Below, piece by piece: positions 31,591-46,274 of a DNA stretch of 64,000 nt; positions within the stretch are counted from its first letter, which is position 1; each line of letters begins with the position of its first letter. Origin of the DNA: Malacoraja senta (taxonomy: Eukaryota); NCBI GenBank assembly GCA_038087875.1, contig JAXLNO010001541.1, positions 62,001 to 126,000 of the forward strand. The letters run 5' to 3'. The notes beneath the pieces are model-generated. The model was not told the DNA's origin and did no database searches. It saw nothing but the letters and a program-made list of their open reading frames with translations. The translations under genes and the position numbers were made by a program.

Positions 31591-34549
31591 GTTGAGTTAA
31601 TTGTCACATGTACCGAGGTACAGTGAAAAGCTTTAGTTGTGTGTTAACCAGACAACAGACGGACAATACATGATTACAATCGAGCACAGTGAACAGAAAC
31701 ATGATGGAGGGAATAACATGAATAAAGTTCAGTGCAAGATAAAACCAGTAAATTCCGATCAAAGATAGTCCGAGGGTCTCCAATGAGGTAGATAGAGCAC
31801 AGAAGTCAAACTACAACAGCCAGTCGTGATGCTATGAATGAAGTCCATCTACGCCTATATCGGCGACAATCTACGACAATGTATGACCAAACCGACGACA
31901 AGCTACGACCATACCGGCAACATGCTACGACAGCTGGCGACCATCGGCAACAGTTGACGCGACTAGCTACACCAGGCTACGACAGTGGCTCCTCCGTGGG
32001 TCTCCTTTTTCTCCAGGAGAGGGCCCACCCAGTGTCTTCATCTCCTGAAACAGCTCAGGGGGAAGCCTGGTGAAGTTTCTGAAGGCAGCCTCATCTTCTT
32101 GCTGGAGCTCAATCATCAGGTTGTCATACTGGCCCAACCTGGGTCTCTACAGGGACAAGGGCTTCAACCACACACACCTCTACTTGGGCTTCCTCTTCCT
32201 CATTCTTCTTGTCCTTCTGTCTTGCTGATCTTTAAGCATGAGGGCTGCTGCAAGCAGCATGGCTTCTTCTAATGAGAGCAATGCCCTCAGATGTTGGAAA
32301 CAATACATCCCCTTTTATAACTGGGTGATTCCATTGTTTTAGAGGCCAAAATGACATGAATTGTCTTCAGTTGTCTCCAACAGTCGTAACTTGCCGTGGC
32401 CTGTCGCGGGTGGACGTAGGTTGACTTCGGTTGTCTCCTGTGTAGTCGTAGATTGTCGTATGTGTCGTCGTAGGTTGTCGTAGGTGGACGTCCCAAGTCG
32501 CGACGAATGGGTCACCGGTTGTTGGTAGCTTGCCTTAGCTTGACGTCGACTAGGTGGCAAGTTGTTGTAGCTTCTCATAGACATTGTTGTAGGGGGGTCC
32601 AGTCGCCGGTTTTTCGGCGACCTGCTACGAACATGACAGTCGCATGCAGTCGCCTAAGTGGGACAGGCCCTTAAATGGCTTAATCGTAATCATGCATTGT
32701 CCTTCTGCTGACAGATTGTCACACAACATAAGCTTTTCACAGTGCCTCGGTGCACATGAGAATAAACTAAACTGAACTGAACTGAAGTCAATGATGCAGT
32801 TGCAGAGGTGAGTACTGACTCCAAGTCCCTCGAGTTTGGTGATGGGCTTGGCTGGTATAATGGTATCAGACTGTAGATATCCCATGAAAGAGTGTACAGC
32901 TATACCCTTGACAGGGGAGAGGGGGAGGGGGAGAGGGGGGGGGGAGGGGAGAGGGGGGGGGAAGGGGAGAGGGGGAAGGGGGGGAGGGGGGAGAGGGAGA
33001 GAGAGCGCTAGCTGTCAGTGTACAAATATGCCAAGAGAGAGGCACTGATCAGTGTACAGATATCCCCATGAGAGAGAGACATTGGTCAGTGTAGAACAGA
33101 AACAGAAAAATAGGAACAGGAGTAGGCCATTTGGCCCTTCTGATCATGGCTGATCATCTAAAATCAGTACCCCGTTCCTGCTTTTTCCCCATATTCCTTG
33201 ATTCATTTAGCACTAAGAGCTAAATCTAACTCTCATGAAAACATCCAGTGAATTGGCCTCCACTGCCGTCTGTGGCAGAGAATTCCACAGATTCACAACT
33301 CAGTGTACAGATATCAAGCTGAGAGAGAGGGAGTAAGGTTCACCGGTCAGTATACAGATAACCCTCTGAGAGAGAGAGAGAGATAGAAAGAGAGAGAGAG
33401 AGACTGAAAGCTGCAGAGAAACTGTGAGCAGTGTGAAGTTATCCCCCTGAGAGAGATTGACTGGGAGAACCCATGCAGTGAGATAATGGGACTGAATTGA
33501 TAAAACTAATTTGCAGTATCGTCTGCCTCCACGAACCTTGGAAGAATCAATGTGAACCAGAATTACTTGGGTGGAAGGAGGATTATATATTGGTGAGGAA
33601 TTTTCTCTCCCAGACATTAAAACTACTGGACTACTGGACAGGTGTCCCCTCGCTACTGATAGAAAACCCTTTGATCTGTGTCAGCCATGGGTCTTTTGAT
33701 GCAAGTTTTCAAGAACAGGAAGTGCAACACTAAGAGAAGCAGTTGTACTGAGAAACAGGAGGCTGCCCAGTCAAGGGGGCAGTCAAGTGCTGCTGGACGG
33801 GTCAATGGCAGGAAATCCCAGGGAGAGACGTTCTGTGGAGCATCTGTTCCTTCTTCAGAATGGTCTCACAACAGTTTTAAATCATGCACCTCCAACAGAC
33901 ATAGAGCAACAAACACAGCTTAATCCAACTCCCATGGCAGCTAAACAGATGTCCTGTTACCCTTTCAACCTCACTTTGACCATTGCCATTTGTCCTTTTA
34001 CAGGAACTTGGGACAGTTAATGGAGATGTCCTGAGGACAGTGCGTATTATGGACATGGAGGTGCTCGATGTCCTCAGGTGTATGACAGTAGATAAGACCT
34101 ATGTAGATGGTACAAAACATTGATGTCTGGAATGCATTACCAGGGGACGTTGTGGAAGCAGATAAAACACAATGATTAAAAGGCATTTAGAGAGATTAGA
34201 CATTCAGTATTTTCTTTCTCCTGGGGTATGAATGTTTTGGTTCCACTTGTATTCCAAAGTATGCTTTGCCTCACATCAGTGGTAGGGATACAATTGGAGA
34301 CGATTCTTTGGGATAGGATTTACTACCATTTGGAAGACAATGGGCTAGTTAGGAACCATCAGCATGGCTTTGTGCGCCATAGATCATGTCTTACTAACTT
34401 GAATTATTTTTTTGAGGAGGTGAAAAAAGGTGATCGATGAAGGTAGGGCAGTGGATGTTGTCTATATGGACCTTAGTAAGGCTTGAGAAAGTTCTCCATG
34501 GTTGGTTGTCCAAGAAAGTCAAAATGCACGGCATTCATAGTGATTTCCT

Positions 34550-35190
34550 GGTCCGAGAACACTGATGCAATTATTAAGAAAGCACATCAGCGCCTCTACT
34601 TCCTAAGAATATTACGGAGAGTCGGTTTGTCAAGGAGGACTCTCTCTAACTTCTACAGGTGCACAGTAGAGAGCATGCTGATCAGTTGCATAGTGGCTTG
34701 GTTCGGCAACTTGAGCGCCCTGGAGAGGAAAAGACTACAAAAAATAGTAAACACTGCCCAGTCCATCATCGACTCTGACCTCCCTTCCATCGTGGGGATC
34801 TATCGCAGTCGCTGCCTCAAAAGGGCTGGCAGTATCATCAAGGACCCACACTATCCTGGCAACACACTCATCTCCCAGCTACCTTCAGGTAGAAGGTACA
34901 GGAGCCTGAAGACTGCAACGACCAGGTTCAGGAATACCTACTTCCCCACAGCCATGTGACTTTTAAACTTGGCTCGGACAAAACGCTGAACATTAATAGC
35001 CCATTATCTGTTATTTGCACTTTATCAGTTTATTTATTCATGTGTGTATATATTTATATAATGGTATATGGACACACTGATCTGTTTTGTAGTCAATGCC
35101 TACTATCTTCAGTTGTGCTGAAACAAAGCAAGAATTTCATTGTCCTATCAGGGACACATGACAATAAACTCACGAACTTGAACTTGAACT
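34550..35190 (+). mobile_element. Rex1-like LINE 3' fragment (related pieces at ~45590-45780 + and ~45790-46250 -)
   Basis: KKAHQRLYFLR...FYRCTVES...CIVAWFG...RFRN; (AACTTG)n tail. Confidence 0.7.
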
Positions 35191-35962
35191 TGATTTTGTC
35201 GTCTGGGTCAATACAGGTTTACTGATAGAAGACAGAGGGTTGTGATAAAGGGCATTATTCAGACTGGAAGTCTGTGACCAGCTGAGTTCTGCAGGGATCT
35301 GCGGACAGTGAGCAAGGATGTTAAAGTATAGATCTGCGAGGAGGATGCTATGAGGCTGCAGGGTGACATGGATAGGTTGGGTAAGTGGGCAGATGCACTC
35401 TGAAGTATAGAGGGTATAGATCAGCTCAGAAATGGGCAAAGAAATGGAAAATGAGGTTCAATCCGACCAAATACTGAGTTGTTTTTCTAAAAATGACCAA
35501 TATTCTCCATGCTTGCATGAAGCACATCTCTTCATTGTCCTCTGTCTTCAGAGTCAGTCCTATTGGTCGGTTATCTTTTCAGTTATGTAAGAATTGTTTC
35601 TAGGTGTTGGTCCTTAAGTCAGGAACATATTTCCATATGTCAAGCAGCCTGCTTGTTCTTTTTAGCAAGTCGTCCCTGTGGGAGGCCCCCTGTTCAGATT
35701 AAGACAAGCTGCCATCTCCAACAGGAAATCTGAGGTGAAGGAAATAGTGCCCACATCACTGTCCAGTTTCACACACCCGTCAATAGTCAAAATATGAAAC
35801 GTGTTTCTGGTAAATCAACAGCTGCACACAGAGATTGTGTTCAAATTTGTCCCATGCATAGAGGATCAGTAAAAAGGTTCTTCAGCCCTCCAGCCCGTCC
35901 CCACTCTCTGCTGATCTGTGTTTGAACTCCATTTATCCAACTTGGTTCTATGTCCTTTAATC

Positions 35963-38010
35963 ACCAAAGAAGTTGGCTCAACCGTGGCTGACGAGGAAAA
36001 TTAGGGATAGTGTTAAATCCAAGGAAGAGGCGTATAAATTTGCTGGAGGAAGCAGCAAACCAGAAGATTGGGGGAAATTTAGAATTCAACAGAGGACAAA
36101 AGGGGTTAATTAAGGGGGAAAAATAGTATGAAAGAAAGCTTGTGGGGGATATAAAAACTGACCGTAAAAACATTTTTTGATACTGTACTGTATGTGAAGA
36201 GGAAAAGATTAGTGAAGACAAATGTAGGTCCCTCACAGTCAGAAACAGATCAATTTATAATGGGAAACAAGGAAATGGTAGACCAGTTAAACAAGTGCTT
36301 TGGTTCTGTCTTCACTAAGGAAGACACAAACAATCTCTCAGAAATACTAGGGGACTGAGGATCTGGCATGATGGAGGAACTGAAGGAAATTGACATTAGT
36401 CATGTAATGGTGTTGGGAAACTGTTGGGACTGAAGGCCGATGAATCCCCAGGGCCTGATGGTCCGAATCCCAGAGTACACAAGGAGGTGGCCATAGATAT
36501 CGTGGATGCATTCGTGATCATTTTCCAATGTTCTATAGGCTCTGGATCAGTTTCTGTGGACTGGAGGGTAGCTAATGTAACCCCACTTTTTAAGAAAGGA
36601 GGGAGAGAGAAAACAGGGAATTATAGACCAGTTAGCCTTCCATTGATAGTGGGGAAGATGCTTGAGTCGATTATTAAATATGTAATAGCAGCGCATTTGA
36701 AAATCAGTGACAGGATCGGTCAGTCAGCATGGATTTATGAAGGGGAAATCATCCTTGACTAATCTTCTGGAAATTTTTGAGGATGTAACAAGTAGAATGG
36801 ATAAGGGAGAGCCAGTGGATGTAGTTTTATCTGGACGTTCAAAAAGCCTTTGACAAGGTCCCACACAAGAGATTCGTATGCAAAATGAGAGCACACAGTA
36901 TTGGGGGTAGGGTACTGACATGGATAGAAAACTGGTTGGCAGACAGGAAGCAAAGAGTAGGAATTAACATGTCCTTTGCAGAATGGCAGGCAATGACGAG
37001 TGGGGTGTCGCAAGGCTTGGTACTGGGACCCAATTATTTACAATATATATTAACAATTTAGTCAAGGGAATCAAATGTAATATCTCCACGTTTGCAGATG
37101 ACATAAAGCTGGGTGGCAGTGTGAGCTGCGAGGAGGATGCTATGAGGCTGTAGCATGACTTGGATAGGTTGGGTGAGTGGGCAGTTGCATTGCAGATGCA
37201 GTATAATGTGGATAAATGTGAGGTTATCTACTTTGGTGGCAAGAACAGGAAGGCAGATAATTATCTGAATGGTGTCAGATGAGGAAAAGAGGAAGTGCAG
37301 CGAGACCTGGGTTTCCCTGCACATCAATCACTGACAGTAAGCATGCAGGAACAGCAGGCAGTGAAGATAGCTAATGGCATTTAGGCCTTCATATAGAGAG
37401 GATTTGAGTAAATGAGCAAGGAGGTCCTACTGTAGTTGTACAGGGCCCTGGTGAGACCGCACCTGGAGTATTATTGTGTGCAGTTTTGTTCTTCTAATTT
37501 GTGGAAGGACATTCTTGCTATTGAGGGTGTGCAGCATAGGTTCACCAGGTTCATTCCCAGGATGGCGCAACTGACATATGATGAAAGAATGGGTCGACTG
37601 GGCTTGTATTCACTGGAATTTAGAAAGATGAGAGGGGATCTTATAGAAACATATAAAATTCTTCAGGGATTGGACAGGCTAAATGCAGGAAAAATGCTCC
37701 CGATGTTGGGGGAGTCCAGAACCAGAGTTTCAGAATAAGGGGTAGGCCATTTAGGACTGAGATGAGGAAAAACGTTTTCACCCATAAAGTTGTGAATCTG
37801 TGGAATTCTCTGCCACTGAAGGCAATGGAGGCCAAATCGCTGGATGTTTTCAAGAGAGTTAGATATAGTTCTTTGGGCTAATGGAATCAAGGGATATGGG
37901 GAAAAACAGGAACAGGTTACTGATTTTGGATGATCAGCCATGATCATATTGAGTGGCAGTGCTGGCACGAAGGGCTGAATGGCCAACTCCTGCACCTATT
38001 TTCTATGTTT
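35963..38010 (+). mobile_element. Degenerate CR1 ORF2 (~2 kb) + 3' UTR
   Basis: ESPGPDG, ANVTPLFKKG, NYRPVSL, AFDKVPH, FADD, RPHLEY; many stops. Confidence 0.92.
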
Positions 38011-38329
38011 CTATGTTTCTAACAATGTGTCCATGTGGAAACTTTCAACTGAACCCCAGACTTGACAGCTTCCAGGGGCAGTTCTGGGTTTCCAGTGCCC
38101 TCAATATCCTGGATGCCATGTTTATGTTTTTGTCCTTGTTTGGATCCACAGCAGAGGAAGCAGATTCTTCGTCTGCTCCAGTGCATCCAGTGATTATTTT
38201 AATCTCCCCAATTACACCTTCAATTCTCCACACCTCAGGGAGCATAGAACCAGACCTGATATTCCAACCACTTCTCTCCCACTGCCACTGTCCCTGGAGG
38301 GGATGCACCCACTGCACCACCTCCAAGGA

Positions 38330-39083
38330 CACACATCTGTCTTCACTAAGGAGGACACAAACAATCTTCCTGATGTCCTAGTGGCCAGAGGATCTGGGGT
38401 GACGGAGGAATGGAAGGAAATCCACATTAGGCAGGAAATGTTGTTGTGTAGACTGATGGGACTGAAGGCAGATAAATCCCCAGGATTTGATGGTCTGCAT
38501 CCCAGGGCACTTAAGGAAGTGGCTCTAGAAATCGTGGATGCATTGGTGTTCATTTTCCAATGTTCTATAGATTCAGGATCAGTTCCTGTGGATTGGAGGG
38601 TAGCTAATGTTATTCCATGTTTTAAAGAAAGGCGGGAGAGAGAAAACAGGGAATTATAGACCAATTAGCCAGACCGGTGGTGGGGAAGATGCTGGAGTCA
38701 ATCATAAGGCATTTGATAAGATCCCACATAGGAGATTAGTGGGCAAAATTAGGGCACATGGTGTTAGGTGTAGACTGCTGACATCCATAGAAAATTGGTT
38801 GGCAGACAGGAAACAAAGAGTAGGGATTAACGGGTCCCTTTCAAAATGGCAGGTAGTGACTGGTGGGGTACCGCAAGGCTCGGTGCTGGGACCACAGTTA
38901 TTTACAATATATATTAACAATTTAGACGAGGGATTTATATGTAACATCTCCAAGTTTGCGGATGACACAAAGCTGGGAGGCAGTGTGAGCTGCGAGGAGG
39001 ATGCTATGAGAATGCAGAGTGACTTGGACAGGTTGGGTGAGTGGGCAGATGCATGGCAGATGCAGTGTAATGTGGATAAATGC
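38330..39083 (+). mobile_element. CR1 RT fragment with an internal deletion, ending at a hAT-like terminus
   Basis: [37 protein letters not shown]; stops at CAGGGCTACCAACT (39084). Confidence 0.88.
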
Positions 39084-39839
39084 AGGGCTACCAACTCTCA
39101 CGCTTTGAGTGTGAGAGTCACACATTTCAGCCAATTCTCACGCCCTCACGCTGCTGACATAATTCTCACGCTGTCTTCAGTCCCTGCACAGCAAAGATCC
39201 TATAGATCTTTAGGATCTATAGGATCTTTAGGAGCTGTAGATCTGGGGAAGCACGTCGGTTGAAGGCTGTGAGTGACGTCGCGTCTCTTCTCTCTTGGTT
39301 GGATGTGCAGCCGCCGACAACATGAAGCAGCAGGAGATAGAATGGGGAAGCTCCCGGGCAGCGGGTGTCAGCGCCTCTGTGTGCCGGCTGCGAGCGCTGC
39401 GCTGCCGGCCACCGCTGCAGCCTCGCTCCCTTCCTCCCTCCTGCCCTTCAGCTCACATGGCAGCACCAGCGCTGCCAATCCACGCTGCATCGTGCCCGCC
39501 AGACTCCCCATTGGGCGTCCGGGGAGAGAAAGGGAGGGGAGAAAGAGAGAGAGAGGGAAAAAAAAAATGGCATGGATGCAAAGAGAGACACGGGCAGGGA
39601 ATGTTGAAAGGAGATGAAGGGGGGAAGGAAAAATGGGAGAAAGAGGGAGGGTGAGGAAAGAGAGGGAGGGGGAGGAAAGAGGGAGGCAGGGGGAGGAAAG
39701 AGGGAGGAAAGAGGGAGGGAGATGGAGAGGGAGGAAAGAGGGAGGAGGAGGGGGAAGGCAAGGTGTGTGTGTATGTATGTGTGTGTATATGTGTCTGTCT
39801 CCATGTGTATGTCTCCTTGTGCGTGTGTGTGCCTCCCTG

Positions 39840-40064
39840 NNNNNNNNNNNNNNNNNNNNNNNNNNNNNNNNNNNNNNNNNNNNNNNNNNNNNNNNNNNNN
39901 NNNNNNNNNNNNNNNNNNNNNNNNNNNNNNNNNNNNNNNNNNNNNNNNNNNNNNNNNNNNNNNNNNNNNNNNNNNNNNNNNNNNNNNNNNNNNNNNNNNN
40001 NNNNNNNNNNNNNNNNNNNNNNNNNNNNNNNNNNNNNNNNNNNNNNNNNNNNNNNNNNNNNNNN
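39840..40064. other. Assembly gap (225 N) within a GT-rich microsatellite
   Basis: Run of N flanked by CCCTGTGTGTGTGTGCCT-type repeats. Confidence 0.99.
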
Positions 40065-40133
40065 CCCTGTGTGTGTCTCCTTGTGTGTGTGTGCCTCCCT
40101 GTGTGTGTGTGCCTCCCTGTGTGTGTGTGCCTC

Positions 40134-40167
<34 letters not shown>

Positions 40168-40301
40168 TGTGGCCACAATGAGGCCAAACATCTAGGACAG
40201 GGTTCGGCAACCTACGGCACACGGGCTGAATCCAGCCCCGTAACCTGAAAAACCGCGTATATTTTTTCAATTCATTTTCCCGGGGTCGGGGCAGGCGAGC
40301 C

Positions 40302-40476
40302 GACCTGGGAACTGCAGCCAGTCCCGGGGACCCGAACCAACCTGGGAACTGCAGCAAGTCCCGGGGACCCGAACCGACCTGGGAACTGCAGCCAGTCCCG
40401 GGGACCCGAACCGACCTGGGAACTGCAGCCAGTCCTGGGGACACGAGCTGACCTGGGAACTGCAGCCAGTCCCTGG
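40302..40476. repeat. 37-bp minisatellite GACCTGGGAACTGCAGCCAGTCCCGGGGACCCGAACC x ~4.7
   Basis: Units start at 40302, 40339, 40376, 40413 and 40450. Confidence 0.92.
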
Positions 40477-43400
40477 GCACGTGCAGAATGACAACTTGAT
40501 CATTTTGGACAAATTGGGCCAGCCATGTACATGTTGTATAACTCTGACTCTATGCAGATCTGAATGGGCTTAGAATGACCATTTAAGCAAAATTGCCCCC
40601 ACTTTCGCCATTTTGAATCTTGAGATTAATATCCCTTTGCTCTGTTAACAGCATTAAAGTACTTATGAGGTAGAGTCAGGAAAGGGAACATGTTATTTTT
40701 TTAGTTTGCATTAATTTGTTAGTTGGTTGTTAGTTGACTGCCATAATTTCTGAAATGGTCTTAAAGTAACTTAACTGTTAAAAAGCAGTAATAAGTGATT
40801 TTTGTCCAAACAATTGGAACTTGCATAAAATGTTTGCATTATTAGCAGGGCTACCAACTCTCATGCATTGAGCGTGAGACTCACGCATTTCACAAAATTC
40901 TCACGCTCTCACGCTGATCACAAATTTCTCACGCTCAAAAATCTGCAGATCCTGGAAGATCAAAATAAAGCAAAAATTGTTTTAGAGGTAAGTAAAAACC
41001 ATGAGGGGAATATAAGGTGAATGCATAGTCTTTTTCCCGGCATATGCGATTCAAGAACTAGAGGGCATTGATTTAAAGCAGGGCTGTCAAACTACCGGCC
41101 TGCCGGATGATTTTGGGGGGATAAAAAGTAGTTTAGTTTCTCCTGTGCAGATGAGGTGAGACACGGCGGTGGTCCCAGCACCAACCCCCCTTTCCCTTCC
41201 CCCCCAAGGCACGGCACACACCTCCCACCCTCACCTCCAGCGGCTTTATATCCGTCGTCCGCTCTGTCCACACCCCATGGAGCTTTAACAGACCGGGTGA
41301 GTGGGGGCGTCGGTGCCACATCCGGAGCCGCGGGGATGAATCTCGGGCTAAGGCTCCGCTCCGATGCCCGACACCCGGGTCACTGACCCTCACCTCCCCC
41401 GGACCCCCGGGTCACTGACCCTCACCTCCCCCGGACCCCAGCTGAACAATGAGCACCTGGGCTGGCCCGCATTCCCGGGAGGGGGGGAGGGAAAAGCTCC
41501 CCGGGCATCGCCAAGTCTCCGCTCACTCCAGATGTTTTCGCCGCTTCAGACACACACTCTCACACACACACACAGTGGCACACACAAGGTTTAAAGTCAT
41601 ATAGGCCAAATGCGGATAAATGGGACTAGTTTAGATGGGGCATCTTGAACTGCATGAACAAGTTGGGATGAGGGGCCTGTTTCCATGCTGTAAGACTATG
41701 ACACATTGTAGAAAGGGTGCAATTGCTCTGGAGAGGATCCAGGGGCGATTTATGAAGATGTTGGCAGGGCTGGAATTTTTTTTTCATTTTGAAGAAAGAT
41801 TTGATAACTGGGATTGTATTCTCTGCAGAAACAGAGGTGAAGGAAAAACTTAGTCGCGGTGTGACAAATATTATGAGAATAGGACCTGTTCTGCTTAACA
41901 AACAGTGTAGGAAGGAATTGCAGATGCTGGTTTAAACTGAAGATAGACACTAAAAACTAGAAAAACTCAGCAGGACAGGCAGCATCTCTGGAGAGAAAGA
42001 ATGGGTGATGTTTCGGGTCGAGACTGAAGAGGTTGAAAACCAGCCATGAAACACAATGACTGGAGATGTGTGTTATCCAACTAAAGGCAGAAACCAGAAT
42101 CATGTGTTCATCTTTATTGATGTGACACTATAATAAATATATTACAGAAAAAATGATTTAATGGGATGGCACGGTGGCACAGCTGTAGAGTTACTGTCTT
42201 ACTACCACATGGGTTTTCTCCAGGGCCGGATTTACGTATAAGCTTCGCAAGCTGAAGGCGAGGGACTCAAAATCTAGGGTGCCTCCGGCCAAGGTGGGGT
42301 TTTTTCCCCAGAGTAAAAAAAATCCTGAGAAAAAAAAATTGGAGGGCTATCAGCGTTTCCACTTTGACCGAAATTACCCAAAATACTGGTACCGGCCCGC
42401 TGGAAGTTTCGGGGGGAAAAATTGCGACCATCCACGCCTGCGCAGTTGGGGGAAGCCGGTTACGCAGTAGTGACGCAAAATGACGCTGTCGATGCCTCGT
42501 GTCTACTGCAGGTAAGTAGTGGAATATTGCGTTGTGGGAGTGCCCGTGTCTCCGGGCTGGGGAGGGGGGAGGGGGGTGGGCTGCGGTGTCTGCGGCGCGG
42601 AGTCGGAGCCTCGCTGCATGGGAGGGAGAGACTGGGAGGGAGGGAGAGAGAGGGGGGAAGTGGGGGGGGTGGTTGAGACAGAGGGAGGAGAGAGAGGGAG
42701 GGAGAGAGTGAGAGAGGGGGGTGTGAGAGGGGGAAAGGGGGAGTTGAGACAGAGGGAGAGAGGGAGGGGAGGGAGAGAGAAGGAGAGTGGGAGGGGAGAG
42801 AGAGAGATTGGGGAGGGGAAAGAGAGAGGGGGAGAGGGAGAGAGAGAGGGGATGTGAGAGGGGGAAAGGGGTTGAGACAGAGGGGGGAGAGAGAGAGGGG
42901 AAGGGGGGAGGGGGAGAGAGTGATGGGGAGGGAGAGAGAGGTGGAGGGAAGGAGGGGGAGAGGGATTATCTTTAGTGAGATTGCAAAATTAAGGTAGGTT
43001 TTAGAGCAACTATATTTTCTCCTCCATATGAATAATATCAAACAATTGGAACTGCTTTCTTTTCGTTGATAACAATACTGAAAAATATGAATTCCATAGT
43101 TTGTGACTTTCTATTTGCATCATATTTTTAATGTGCACACTCTAACACAGTCAAACAGTAACAGGCAATCAAATCAAAACACAAAACATTTTCTAAAAAA
43201 AGAATGTATTTACTGCAAAAACGTACAGTATTTTATTTGCAGTGTTTGCATGCTCCTTTATAACACTTTACATAACATTTTACAGTACAACTTGATTATT
43301 AAAACAACGGCTTCAATTTTGTTTAAAAAAAATGTATGCAACAATGACCCCAATCATCCCATTCCAACCATTCATTACTCTTGACTCAAGCAAAATTATT

Positions 43401-44526
43401 TCTGAAAATATTGGTCATAAATTTGGTGCAAAAATGCTCCAAAATAAGGCTCAGAATGCACCAGAGAGCATTTAAAACCCCCAGAGCATGGATCTTTGAG
43501 CTTCGCGCTTGTGATATGCGCTGTGTGCACTTATTTCACATACATTTTTAAAATCCTGCCATGCCACCCCTCCTCTTGAAAAGCTTCGTACAGGCCTGGT
43601 GTACACTGTCATAGGCCTTTCTTACATATGCTGTCACAACGCACTGTAGTCTCTAAACAACACTTCAGTAATTTTCCTTGCCCTCCATTTCAGAATAATA
43701 TTGTTTTAAGCTGATAACTCGACACTAGCACTGGCAATAAATAAAAAGCGCAGCTTATCTCATTGGCCATGCTCGGCTGCACATCGGTGTCAATCTGGTG
43801 GACTCTTTCATCTTCCTCTCGTCGTGGGGGTGGGGGATTGGGAGGGGCCTCACAAGTGGAATAGCCTGGGGCCTTTCTTCATCTAAATCTGGCCCTGGTT
43901 TTCTCTGGATATTCCGGTTTCTCCCATATCCGAAAGAAGTGCAGGTTTGTAGGTTAATTGGCTTCTGTAAATTGTCCCAGGCGTGATGGATGGAAGGGGT
44001 ATATGATAGATTGCTGGTCAGTGTGGACTTGGTGGGCTGAAGGGCCTGTTTCCATCTATATTTTTTACATATATATCTTAATTTCATTGAACCATATATG
44101 ATTGAATATGTGGCATTATTTTCGTCTTGTTTCGATATTCAAAGGGTAAGGTTGATTGATTTACTTGTGCAGAACAGTGATGGAAGTCTGACTTGCCTTA
44201 TTTCTCTGTGTTTTTCTCTATATATATATATATATATGCATAACAGCATGAATATAATCAGATTTCCATACATGAATATAGTCATTCATGTGCTGTTGAT
44301 CAGAGCCTGGCTCTATTGTGGAATGTAATTAGGAATGCAATTTAGCCTAACCTTATTCATACCTAATCGAATTTAAAGCATAAATGTTGCATTCAGGTGT
44401 AAGTTAAAATACTCGCTACAGTATGCACCAGATTGCACAATTTCAAGCTGAAAAAAGCGAAAGCTCCCCACCGTGAGAGGGGGGACAATTTCTCACTCTC
44501 AACTCTCACCCAATGTTGGCAGCCCT

Positions 44527-45330
44527 AATAAATGTGAGGTTATCCACCTGGGTGGCAAAAACAGGAAGGCAGAGTATTATCGGAGTGGTGTCAAGTTGGG
44601 AAAAGGGAAAGTACAACGGGATCTGGGGTTCCTTGTACATCAGTCAATGAAAGTAAGCATTCAGGTACAGCAGTCAGTGAAGAAAGCGAATGGCATGTTG
44701 GCCTTCAGAACAAAAGGAGTTGAGTATTGGAGCAAAGAGGTCCTTCTACAGTTGTACAGCGCCCGAGTGAGACCACACCTGGGGTATTGTGTGCAGTTTT
44801 GGTCCCCTAAATTTAGGAAGGACATTCTAGCTATTAAGCGAGTGCAGCTTAGGTTCACAAGGTTAATTCCCAGGATGGTGGGACTGTCATATGCTGAGAG
44901 AATGGAGCGGCTGGGCTTGTATAATCTGGAATTTAGAAGGATGAGAGAGGGTCTTATTGAAACATATAAGATTATTAAGGGTTTGGACAAGCTAGAGGCA
45001 GGAAATATGTTCCTGGTGTTGGGGGAGTCCAGAACCAGGGGCCACAGTTTAAGAATAAGGGGTAAGGCATTTAGAACGGGATGAGGGAACACCTTTTCAC
45101 CCAGAGAGTTGTGAGTCTGTGGAATTCTCTGCCTCAGAGGGCGGTGGAGGCCGGTTCTCGGGAGACTTTCAAGAGAGAGCTAGATAGGGCTCTTAAAGAT
45201 AGTGGAGTCACGGGATATGGGGAGAAGGCAGGAACGGGGTACTGATTGTGGATGATCAGCCATGATCACAGCGAATGGCACTGTTGGCTCGAAGGGCCGA
45301 ATGGTCTACTCCTGCACCTATTGTCTATTG
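44527..45330 (+). mobile_element. CR1 3' fragment
   Basis: NKCEVIHLG...RPHLGYCVQFWSP...RGHSLRI + 3' UTR. Confidence 0.9.
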
Positions 45331-46274
45331 GCTATCCTTCCTGAGCGGTGCTGCCCAGAATCACACCCAGAGCTCCAGATGTGGAGCTCTATTATACAGC
45401 AGCATAAAGCCCACCCCCTTTGTATCCCAGCGTTTCCCATCAACTGAGGCACGTTAAGAGCATTGGTTTAAATTCAAGCTCAGGATTAATCCAAACCTAC
45501 CAGTGGTCTCTCAACACAAAGCAAACCTTCCTGCTTTGCTCTTCTGCCCAATGCAATTGGTCATTTCCTTATGGAATCACTGTCTGTCAGCTGGCGTGCA
45601 TATTTCCGAAGATCTTTTCTGGTCCCAGCACACTGATGCCATCATAAAGAAGGCACATCAGCGCCTCTACTTCCTGAGAAGATTACGGAGAGTCGGTTTG
45701 TCAAGGAGGACTCTCTCGAACTTCTACAGTTACACAGTAGAGAGCATACTGACTGGTTGCATCGTGGCTTTGTTCGTTAACCTCGTCTATGGTGTCTATA
45801 TACCATAGACCATATATATATATACACATAAGTAAACAGTGCAATAGGCTGTTATTGTTCAGAGTTTGTTTGATGGCGTGTTTAATCGCCTGATGGCTGT
45901 GAGGAGGAAGCTGTTCCTGAACCTGGATGTTCCAGATTTCAAGCTTCTGTACCTTCTTCCCGATGGCAACTGAGAGATGAGTGTGTGGCCAGGATGGTGT
46001 GGGTCTTTGATGATGTTGGCAGCCTTTTTGAGGCAGTGACTGCAATAGATCCCTTCGATGGTGGGGAGGTCAGAGCCGATGATGGACTGGGCAGTGGTCA
46101 CAACTTTCTGCATTCTTTTCCACTCCTGGACTTTCAAGTTGCCGAACCAAGCCACAATGCAGCCAGTCAGTATTCTCTCTACTGTGCACCTGTAGAAGTT
46201 CAAGGGAGTCCTCCTTGACATACCAATTCTACGTAATCATCTCAGGAAGTAGAGGCGTTGATGTGCCTTCTTTA

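Noticed and set aside
39368-40480. ORFs of 160-370 aa spanning the N gap
   Set aside because: Artefacts of microsatellite, purine tract and Ns.
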